Assembly (NCBI GenBank): GCA_964016885.1
Contig: OZ024741.1
Coordinates: forward strand, 414,594,001-414,658,000
Length of the DNA stretch: 64,000 bases
Direction of reading: 5' to 3'
Origin: Eledone cirrhosa
Taxonomy: Eukaryota
This document shows, in pieces, positions 1 through 12,900 of this stretch. Under the pieces are notes generated by a model. That model made no database searches and was not told the origin of the DNA. It was given only the letters and a program-made list of their open reading frames with translations. A program made the translations under genes and the position numbers. How positions within the stretch are numbered: the stretch's first letter is position 1; the number at the start of each line of letters is the position of its first letter.

Positions 1-3000
1 TCTACTGAGTATAACACACGAGGAGACCTACATCGCACATACTTTGGTCTAACACTCTACCGAGTATAACACACCAGGAGAACTACATCACACATACTTT
101 GGTCTGACACTCTACCGAGTATAACACACCAGGAGACCTACAGCACACATACTTTGATCTGACAGTCTACCGAGTATAAGACACCAGGAGACCTACATCA
201 CACGTACTTTGGTCTGACACTCTACCGAGTATAACACACCAGGAGACCTACATCACACATACATAGATCTGACACTCTACCGCGTATAAGACACCAGGAG
301 ACCTACATCACACGTACTTTGGTCTGACACTCTACCGAGTATAAGACACCAGGAGACCAACATCACACGTACTTTGGTCTGACACTCTACCCAGTATAAG
401 ACACCGGGAGACCTACATCACACATACTTTGGTCTGACACTCTACCGAGTATAAGACACCAGGAGACCTACATCACACGTACTTTGGTCTGACACTCTAC
501 CGAGTATAGGTCAACAGGAGACCTACATCACACATACATAGGTTTAACACTCTACCGAGTATAAGACACCAGGAGACCTACATCACACATACATAGGTTT
601 AACACTCTACTGAGTATAAGACACCAGGAGACCTACATCACACATACTTTGGTCTGACACTCTACCGAGTATAAGACACCAGGAGACCTACATCACACAT
701 ACTTTGGTCTGACACTCTACCGAGTATAAGACACCAAGAGACCTACATCACACGTACTTTGGTCTTACACTCTACCGAGTATAAGACACCAGGGGGCCTA
801 CATCACACGTACTTTGGTCTGACACTCTACCGAATATAAGACACCAGGAGACCTACATCAGACGTACTTTGGTCTGACACTACCGAGTATAAGACACCAG
901 GAGACCTACATCACACGTACTTTGGTCTGACACTCTACCGAGTATAAGACACCAGGAGACCTACATCACATGTACTTTGGTCTGACACTCTACCAAGTAT
1001 AAGCCACCAGGAGACCTACATCACACATACTTTGGTCTGACACTCTACCGAGTATAAGACACCAGGAGACCTACATCACACGTACTTTGGTCTTACACTC
1101 TACCGAGTATAAGACACCAGGGGGCCTACATCACACGTACTTTGGTCTGACACTCTACCGAATATAAGACACCAGGAGACCTACATCAGACGTACTTTGG
1201 TCTGACACTACCGAGTATAAGACACCAGGAGACCTACATCACACGTACTTTGGTCTGACACTCTACCGAGTATAAGACACCAGGAGACCTACATCACATG
1301 TACTTTGGTCTGACACTCTACCAAGTATAAGCCACCAGGAGACCTACATCACACATACTTTGGTCTGACACTTTACCGAGTATAAGACACCAGGAGACCT
1401 ACATCACACATACTTTGGTCTGACACTCTACCGACTATAAGACACTAGGAGACCTACATCACACGTACGTTGGTCTGACACTCTACCGAGTATAAGACAC
1501 CAGGAGACCTACATCACACGTACTTTGGTCTGACACTCTACCGAGTATAAGACACCAGGAGACCTACATCACACGTACTTTGGTCTGACACTCTACCCAG
1601 TATAAGACACCGGGAGACCTACATCACACGTACTTTGGTCTGACACTCTACCGAGTATAAGACACCAGGAGACCTACATGACACGTAATTTGGTCTGACA
1701 CTCTACCGAGTATAAGACACCAGGAGACCTACATCACACTTACTTTGGTCTGACACTCTACCGAGTATAAGACACCAGGAGACCTACATCACACATACTT
1801 TGGTCTGACACTCTACCGAGTATAACACACCAGGAGACCTACATCACACATACTTTGGTCTGACACTCTACCAAGTATAACACACCAGGAGACCTACAGC
1901 ACACATACTTTGGTCTGACACTCTACCAAGTATAAGACACCAGGAGACATACATCACACATACTTTGGTCTGACACTCTACCGAGTATAACACACCAGGA
2001 GACCTACATCACACATACTTTGGTCTGACACTCTACCGAGTATAACACACCAGGAGACCTACAGCACACATACTTTGGTCTCACACTCTACTGAGTATAA
2101 CACACGAGGAGACCTACATCACACATACTTTGGTCTGACACTCTACCGAGTATAACACACCAGGAGAACTACATCACACATACTTGGTCTGACACTCTAC
2201 CGAGTATAACACACCAGGAGACCTACATCACACATACATAGATCTGACACTCTACCGCGTATAAGACACCAGGAGACCTACATCACACGTACTTTGGTGT
2301 GACACTCTACCGAGTATAAGACACCAGGAGACCTACATCACACGTACTTTGGTCTGACGCTCTACCGAGTATAAGACACCAGGAGACCTACATCACACAT
2401 ACATAGGTCTGACACTCTACCGAGTATAAGACACCAGGAGACCTACATCACACGTACTTTGGTCTCACACTCTACCGAGTATAAGACACCAGGAGACCTA
2501 CAGCACACATACTTTGATCTGACACTCTACCGAGTATAAGACACCAGGAGACCTACATCACACGTACTTTGGTCTGACACTCTACCGCGTATAAGACACC
2601 GGGAGACCTACATCACACGTACTTTGGTCTGACACTCTACCGAGTATAAGACACCAGGAGACCTACATCACACGTACTTTGGTCTGACACTCTACCAAGT
2701 ATAAGACACCAGGAGACCTACATCACACATACATAGGTTTAACACTCTACTGAGTATAAGACACCAGGAGACCTACATCACACATACTTTGGTCTGACAC
2801 TCTACCGAGTATAAGACACCAGGAGACCTACATCACACATACTTTGGTCTGACACTCTACCGAGTATAAGACACCAGGAGACCTACATCACACGTACTTT
2901 GGTCTTACACTCTACCGAGTATAAGACACCAGGAGGCCTACATCACACGTACTTTGGTCTGACACTCTACCGAATATAAGACACCAGGAGACCTACATCA

Positions 3001-6000
3001 CACGTACTTTGGTCTGACACTCTACCGAGTATAAGACACCAGGAGACCTACATCACACGTACTTTGGTCTGACACTCTACCGAGTATAAGACACCGGGAG
3101 ACCTACATCACATGTACTTTGGTCTGACACTCTACCAAGTATAAGCCACCAGGAGACCTACATCACACATACTTTGGTCTGACACTTTACCAAGTATAAG
3201 ACACCAGGAGACCTACATCACACATACATAGGTCTGACACTCTACCGAGTATAAGACACCAGGAGACCTACAGCACACATACTTTGGTCTCACACCCTAC
3301 CGAATATAAGACGCCAGGAGACCTACATCACACATACTTTGGTCTTACACTCTACCGAGTATAAGACACCAGGAGACCTACATCACACATACTTTGGTCT
3401 TACACTCTACCAAGTATAAGACACCAGGAGACCTACATCACACATACTTTGGTCTGACACTCTACCGAGTATAAGACACCAGGAGACCTACATCACACAT
3501 ACATAGGTTTAACACTCTACCGAGTATAAGACACCAGGAGACCTACATCACACATATATAGGTTTAACACTCTACTGAGTATAAGACACCGGGAGACCTA
3601 CATCACACGTACTTTGGTCTGACACTCTACCGAGTATAAGACACCAGGAGACCTACATCACACGTACTTTGGTCTGACACTCTACCGAGTATAAGACACC
3701 AGGAGACCTACATCACACATACATAGGTTTAACACTCTACCGAGTATAAGACACCAGGAGACCTACATCACACATACATAAGTTTAACACTCTACTGAGT
3801 ATAAGACACCAGGAGACCTACATCACACATACTTTGGTCTGACACTCTACCGAGTATAAGACACCAGGAGACCTACATCACACATACTTTGGTCTGACAC
3901 TCTACCGAGTATAAGACACCAGGAGACCTACATCACACGTACTTTGGTCTTACACTCTACCGAGTATAAGACACCAGGTGGCCTACATCACACGTACTTT
4001 GGTCTGACACTCTACCGAATATAAGACACCAGGAGACCTACATCACACGTACTTTGGTCTGACACTCTACCGAGTATAAGACACCAGGAGACCTACATCA
4101 CACGTACTTTGGTCTGACACTCTACCGAGTATAAGACACCAGGAGACCTACATCACATGTACTTTGGTCTGACACTCTACCAAGTATAAGCCACCAGGAG
4201 ACCTACATCACACATACTTTGGTCTGACACTTTACCGAGTATAAGACACCAGGAGACCTACATCACACGTACTTTGGTCTCACACTCTACCAAGTATAAG
4301 ACACCAGGAGACCTACATCACACATACTTTGGTCTTACACTCTACCGAGTATAAGACACCAGGAGACCTACATCACACATACTTTGGTCTTACACTCTAC
4401 CAAGTATAAGACACCAGGAGACCTACATCACACATACTTTGGTCTGACACTCTACCGAGTATAAGACACCAGGAGACCTACATCACACATACATAGATCT
4501 GACACTCTACCGCGTATAAGACACCAGGAGATCTACATCACACGTACTTTGGTCTGACACTCTACCGAGTATAAGACACCAGGAGACCTACATCACACGT
4601 ACTTTGGTCTGACACTCTACCCAGTATAAGACACCGGGAGACCTACATCACACGTACTTTGGGCTGACACTCTACCGAGTATAAGACACCAGGAGACCTA
4701 CATCACACGTACTTTGGTCTGACACTCTACCGAGTATAAGACACCAGGAGACCTACATCACACATACATAGGTTTAACACTCTACCGAGTATAAGACACC
4801 ATGAGACCTACATCACACATACATAGGTTTAACACTCTACTGAGTATAAGACACCAGGAGACCTACATCACACATACTTTGGTCTGACACTCTACCGACT
4901 ATAAGACACTAGGAGACCTACATCACATGTACTTTGGTCTGACACTCTACCGAGTATAAGACACCAGGAGACCTACATCACACGTAATTTGGTCTGACAC
5001 TCTACCGAGTATAAGACACCAGGAGACCTACATGACACGTACTTTGGTCTGACACTCTACCGAGTATAAGACACCGGGAGACCTACATCACACGTACTTT
5101 GGTCTGACACTCTACCGAGTATAAGACACCAGGAGACCTACATGACACGTACTTTGGTCTGACACTCTACCGAGTATAAGACACCAGGAGACCTACATCA
5201 CACGGACTTTGGTCTGACACTCTACCGAGTATAAGACACCAGGAGACCTACATCACACATACTTTGGTCTGACACTCTACCGAGTATAACACACCAGGAG
5301 ATCTACATCACACATACTTTGGTCTGACACTCTACCAAGTATAACACACCAGGAGACCTACAGCACACATACTTTGGTCTGACACTCTACCAAGTATAAG
5401 ACACCAGGAGACCTACATCACACATACTTTGGTCTGACACTCTACCGAGTATAACACACCAGGAGACCTACATCACACATACTTTGGTCTGACACTCTAC
5501 CGAGTATAACACACCAGGAGACCTACAGAACACATACTTTGGTCTCACACTCTACTGAGTATAACACACGAGGAGACCTACATCGCACATACTTTGGTCT
5601 GACACTCTACCGAGTATAACACACCAAGAGAACTACATCACACATACTTTGGTCTGACACTCTACCGAGTATAACACACCAGGAGACCTACAGCACACAT
5701 ACTTTGATCTGACAGTCTACCGAGTATAAGACACCAGGAGACCTACATCACACGTACTTTGGTCTGACACTCTACCGAGTATAACACACCAGGAGACCTA
5801 CATCACACATACATAGATCTGACACTCTACCGCGTATAAGACACCAGGAGACCTACATCACACGTACTTTGGTCTGACACTCTACCGAGTATAAGACACC
5901 AGGAGACCAACATCACACGTACTTTGGTCTGACACTCTACCCAGTATAAGACACCGGGAGACCTACATCACACATACTTTGGTCTGACACTCTACCGAGT

Positions 6001-6999
6001 ATAAGACACCAGGAGACCTACATCACACGTACTTTGGTCTGACACTCTACCGAGTATAGGTCAACAAGAGACCTACATCACACATACATAGGTTTAACAC
6101 TCTACCGAGTATAAGACACCAGGAGACCTACATCACACATACATAGGTTTAACACTCTACTGAGTATAAGACACGAGGAGACCTACATCACACATACTTT
6201 GGTCTGACACTCTACCGAGTATAAGACACCAGGAGACCTACATCACACATACTTTGGTCTGACACTCTACCGAGTATAAGACACCAGGAGACCTACATCA
6301 CACGTACTTTGGTCTTACACTCTACCGAGTATAAGACACCAGGGGGCCTACATCACACGTACTTTGGTCTGACACTCTACCGAATATAAGACACCAGGAG
6401 ACCTACATCAGACGTACTTTGGTCTGACACTACCGAGTATAAGACACCAGGAGACCTACATCACACGTACTTTGGTCTGACACTCTACCGAGTATAAGAC
6501 ACCAGGAGACCTACATCACATGTACTTTGGTCTGACACTCTACCAAGTATAAGCCACCAGGAGACCTACATCACACATACTTTGGTCTGACACTTTACCG
6601 AGTATAAGACACCAGGAGACCTACATCACACATACTTTGGTCTGACACTCTACCGACTATAAGACACTAGGAGACCTACATCACACGTACTTTGGTCTGA
6701 CACTCTACCGAGTATAAGACACCAGGAGACCTACATCACACGTACTTTGGTCTGACACTCTACCGAGTATAAGACACCAGGAGACCTACATCACACGTAC
6801 TTTGGTCTGACACTCTACCCAGTATAAGACACCGGGAGACCTACATCACACGTACTTTGGTCTGACATTCTACCGAGTATAAGACACCAGGAGACCTACA
6901 TGACACGTAATTTGGTCTGACACTCTACCGAGTATAAGACACCAGGAGACCTACATCACACTTACTTTGGTCTGACACTCTACCGAGTATAAGACACCA

Positions 7000-9900
7000 G
7001 GAGACCTACATCACACATACTTTGGTCTGACACTCTACCGAGTATAACACACCAGGAGACCTACATCACACATACTTTGGTCTGACACTCTACCAAGTAT
7101 AAGACACCAGGAGACATACATCACACATACTTTGGTCTGACACTCTACCGAGTATAACACACCAGGAGACCTACAGCACACATACTTTGGTCTGACACTC
7201 TACCAAGTATAAGACACCAGGAGACATACATCACACATACTTTGGTCTGACACTCTACCGAGTATAACACACCAGGAGACCTACATCACACATACTTTGG
7301 TCTGACACTCTACCGAGTATAACACACCAGGAGACCTACAGCACACATACTTTGGTCTCACACTCTACTGAGTATAACACACGAGGAGACCTACATCACA
7401 CATACTTTGGTCTGACACTCTACCGAGTATAACACACCAGGAGAACTACATCACACATACTTTGGTCTGACACTCTACCGAGTATAACACACCAGGAGAC
7501 CTACATCACACATACATAGATCTGACACTCTACCGCGTATAAGACACCAGGAGACCTACATCACACGTACTTTGGTGTGACACTCTACCGAGTATAAGAC
7601 ACCAGGAGACCTACATCACACGTACTTTGGTCTGACGCTCTACCGAGTATAAGACACCAGGAGACCTACATCACACATACATAGGTCTGACACTCTACCG
7701 AGTATAAGACACCAGGAGACCTACATCACACGTACTTTGGTCTCACACTCTACCGAGTATAAGACACCAGGAGACCTACAGCACACATACTTTGATCTGA
7801 CACTCTACCGAGTATAAGACACCAGGAGACCTACATCACACGTACTTTGGTCTGACACTCTACCGCGTATAAGACACCAGGAGACCTACATCACACGTAC
7901 TTTGGTCTGACACTCTACCGAGTATAAGACACCAGGAGACCTACATCACACGTACTTTGGTCTGACACTCTACCCAGTATAAGACACCGGGAGACCTACA
8001 TCACACGTACTTTGGTCTGACACTCTACCGAGTATAAGACACCAGGAGACCTACATCACACGTACTTTGGTCTGACACTCTACCAAGTATAAGACACCAG
8101 GAGACCTACATCACACATACATAGGTTTAACACTCTACCGAGTATAAGACACCAGGAGACCTACATCACACATACATAGGTTTAACACTCTACTGAGTAT
8201 AAGACACCAGGAGACCTACATCACACATACTTTGGTCTGACACTCTACCGAGTATAAGACACCAGGAGACCTACATCACACATACTTTGGTCTGACACTC
8301 TACCGAGTATAAGACACCAGGAGACCTACATCACACGTACTTTGGTCTTACACTCTACCGAGTATAAGACACCAGGAGGCCTACATCACACGTACTTTGG
8401 TCTGACACTCTACCGAATATAAGACACCAGGAGACCTACATCACACATACATAGGTCTGACACTCTACCGAGTATAAGACACCAGGAGACCTACATCACA
8501 CATACATAGGTCTGACACTCTACCGAGTATAAGACACCAGGAGACCTACAGCACACATACTTTGGTCTCACACCCTACCGAATATAAGACACCAGGAGAC
8601 CTACATCACACATACTTTGGTCTTACACTCTACCGAGTATAAGACACCAGGAGACCTACATCACACATACTTTGGTCTTACACTCTACCAAGTATAAGAC
8701 ACCAGGAAACCTACATCACACATACTTTGGTCTGACACTCTACCGAGTATAAGACACCAGGAGACCTACATCACACATACATAGGTTTAACACTCTACCG
8801 AGTATAAGACACCAGGAGACCTACATCACACATACATAGGTTTAACACTCTACTGAGTATAAGACACCAGGAGACCTACATCACACATACTTTGGTCTGA
8901 CACTCTACCGAGTATAAGACACCAGGAGACCTACATCACACATACTTTGGTCTGACACTCTAGCGAGTATAACACACCAGGAGACCTACATCACACGTAC
9001 TTTGGTCTGACACTCTACCGAGTATAACACACCAGGAGACCTACATCACACATACATAGGTTTAACACTCTACCGAGTATAAGACACCAGGAGACCTACA
9101 TCACACGTACTTTGGTCTTACACTCTACCGAGTATGAGACACCAGGAGACCTACATCACACGTACTTTGGTCTCACACTCTACCGAGTATAAGACACCAG
9201 GAGACCTACAGCACACATACTTTGATCTGACACTCTACCGAGTATAGGTCAACAGGAGACCTACATCACACATACATAGGTTTAACACTCTACCGAGTAT
9301 AAGACACCAGGAGACCTACATCACACATACATAGGTTTAACACTCTACTGAGTATAAGACACCAGGAGACCTACATCACACATACTTTGGTCTGACACTC
9401 TACCGAGTATAAGACACCAGGAGACCTACATCACACATACTTTGGTCTGACACTCTACCGAGTATAAGACACCAGGAGACCTACATCACACGTACTTTGG
9501 TCTTACACTCTACCGAGTATAAGACACCAGGGGGCCTACATCACACGTACTTTGGTCTGACACTCTACCGAATATAAGACACCAGGAGACCTACATCAGA
9601 CGTACTTTGGTCTGACACTACCGAGTATAAGACACCAGGAGACCTACATCACACGTACTTTGGTCTGACACTCTACCGAGTATAAGACACCAGGAGACCT
9701 ACATCACATGTACTTTGGTCTGACACTCTACCAAGTATAAGCCACCAGGAGACCTACATCACACATACTTTGGTCTGACACTTTACCGAGTATAAGACAC
9801 CAGGAGACCTACATCACACATACTTTGGTCTGACACTCTACCGACTATAAGACACTAGGAGACCTACATCACACGTACTTTGGTCTGACACTCTACCGAG

Positions 9901-12900
9901 TATAAGACACCAGGAGACCTACATCACACGTACTTTGGTCTGACACTCTACCGAGTATAAGACACCAGGAGACCTACATCACACGTACTTTGGTCTGACA
10001 CTCTACCCAGTATAAGACACCGGGAGACCTACATCACACGTACTTTGGTCTGACACTCTACCGAGTATAAGACACCAGGAGACCAACATCACACGTACTT
10101 TGGTCTGACACTCTACCCAGTATAAGACACCGGGAGACCTACATCACACATACTTTGGTCTGACACTCTACCGAGTATAAGACACCAGGAGACCTACATC
10201 ACACGTACTTTGGTCTGACACTCTACCGAGTATAGGTCAACAGGAGACCTACATCACACATACATAGGTTTAACACTCTACCGAGTATAAGACACCAGGA
10301 GACCTACATCACACATACATAGGTTTAACACTCTACTGAGTATAAGACACCAGGAGACCTACATCACACATACTTTGGTCTGACACTCTACCGAGTATAA
10401 GACACCAGGAGACCTACATCACACATACTTTGGTCTGACACTCTACCGAGTATAAGACACCAGGAGACCTACATCACACGTACTTTGGTCTTACACTCTA
10501 CCGAGTATAAGACACCAGGGGGCCTACATCACACGTACTTTGGTCTGACACTCTACCGAATATAAGACACCAGGAGACCTACATCAGACGTACTTTGGTC
10601 TGACACTACCGAGTATAAGACACCAGGAGACCTACATCACACGTACTTTGGTCTGACACTCTACCGAGTATAAGACACCAGGAGACCTACATCACATGTA
10701 CTTTGGTCTGACACTCTACCAAGTATAAGCCACCAGGAGACCTACATCACACATACTTTGGTCTGACACTCTACCGAGTATAAGACACCAGGAGACCTAC
10801 ATCACACGTACTTTGGTCTTACACTCTACCGAGTATAAGACACCAGGGGGCCTACATCACACGTACTTTGGTCTGACACTCTACCGAATATAAGACACCA
10901 GGAGACCTACATCAGACGTACTTTGGTCTGACACTACCGAGTATAAGACACCAGGAGACCTACATCACACGTACTTTGGTCTGACACTCTACCGAGTATA
11001 AGACACCAGGAGACCTACATCACATGTACTTTGGTCTGACACTCTACCAAGTATAAGCCACCAGGAGACCTACATCACACATACTTTGGTCTGACACTTT
11101 ACCGAGTATAAGACACCAGGAGACCTACATCACACATACTTTGGTCTGACACTCTACCGACTATAAGACACTAGGAGACCTACATCACACGTACGTTGGT
11201 CTGACACTCTACCGAGTATAAGACACCAGGAGACCTACATCACACGTACTTTGGTCTGACACTCTACCGAGTATAAGACACCAGGAGACCTACATCACAC
11301 GTACTTTGGTCTGACACTCTACCCAGTATAAGACACCGGGAGACCTACATCACACGTACTTTGGTCTGACACTCTACCGAGTATAAGACACCAGGAGACC
11401 TACATCACACATACTTTGGTCTGACACTCTACCGAGTATAAGACACCAGGAGACATACATCACACATACTTTGGTCTGACACTCTACCGAGTATAACACA
11501 CCAGGAGACCTACAGCACACATACTTTGGTCTGACACTCTACCAAGTATAAGACACCAGGAGACATACATCACACATACTTTGGTCTGACACTCTACCGA
11601 GTATAACACACCAGGAGACCTACATCACACATACTTTGGTCTGACACTCTACCGAGTATAACACACCAGGAGACCTACAGCACACATACTTTGGTCTCAC
11701 ACTCTACTGAGTATAACACACGAGGAGACCTACATCACACATACTTTGGTCTGACACTCTACCGAGTATAACACACCAGGAGAACTACATCACACATACT
11801 TTGGTCTGACACTCTACCGAGTATAACACACCAGGAGACCTACATCACACATACATAGATCTGACACTCTACCGCGTATAAGACACCAGGAGACCTACAT
11901 CACACGTACTTTGGTGTGACACTCTACCGAGTATAAGACACCAGGAGACCTACATCACACGTACTTTGGTCTGACGCTCTACCGAGTATAAGACACCAGG
12001 AGACCTACATCACACATACATAGGTCTGACACTCTACCGAGTATAAGACACCAGGAGACCTACATCACACGTACTTTGGTCTCACACTCTACCGAGTATA
12101 AGACACCAGGAGACCTACAGCACACATACTTTGATCTGACACTCTACCGAGTATAAGACACCAGGAGACCTACATCACACGTACTTTGGTCTGACACTCT
12201 ACCGCGTATAAGACACCAGGAGACCTACATCACACGTACTTTGGTCTGACACTCTACCGAGTATAAGACACCAGGAGACCTACATCACACGTACTTTGGT
12301 CTGACACTCTACCCAGTATAAGACACCGGGAGACCTACATCACACGTACTTTGGTCTGACACTCTACCGAGTATAAGACACCAGGAGACCTACATCACAC
12401 GTACTTTGGTCTGACACTCTACCAAGTATAAGACACCAGGAGACCTACATCACACATACATAGGTTTAACACTCTACCGAGTATAAGACACCAGGAGACC
12501 TACATCACACATACATAGGTTTAACACTCTACTGAGTATAAGACACCAGGAGACCTACATCACACATACTTTGGTCTGACACTCTACCGAGTATAAGACA
12601 CCAGGAGACCTACATCACACATACTTTGGTCTGACACTCTACCGAGTATAAGACACCAGGAGACCTACATCACACGTACTTTGGTCTTACACTCTACCGA
12701 GTATAAGACACCAGGAGGCCTACATCACACGTACTTTGGTCTGACACTCTACCGAATATAAGACACCAGGAGACCTACATCACACATACATAGGTCTGAC
12801 ACTCTACCGAGTATAAGACACCAGGAGACCTACATCACACATACATAGGTCTGACACTCTACCGAGTATAAGACACCAGGAGACCTACAGCACACATACT

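Noticed and set aside
23-28. BsaI site GAGACC in most monomers, suggesting a synthetic Golden Gate construct
   Set aside because: The nested, inherited variants and indels look like natural evolution. The site is only useful for producing a 55-bp digestion ladder.
1-55. Satellite-encoded hammerhead ribozyme (as in newt satellite 2 or schistosome SM-alpha)
   Set aside because: No CUGANGA and GAAA core on either strand of the consensus.
175-210. TATA-like TATAAG and CACGTA (minus-strand TACGTG, HRE/ACGT-like) regulatory motifs
   Set aside because: These short motifs are expected by chance, have no associated gene and are frequently mutated.
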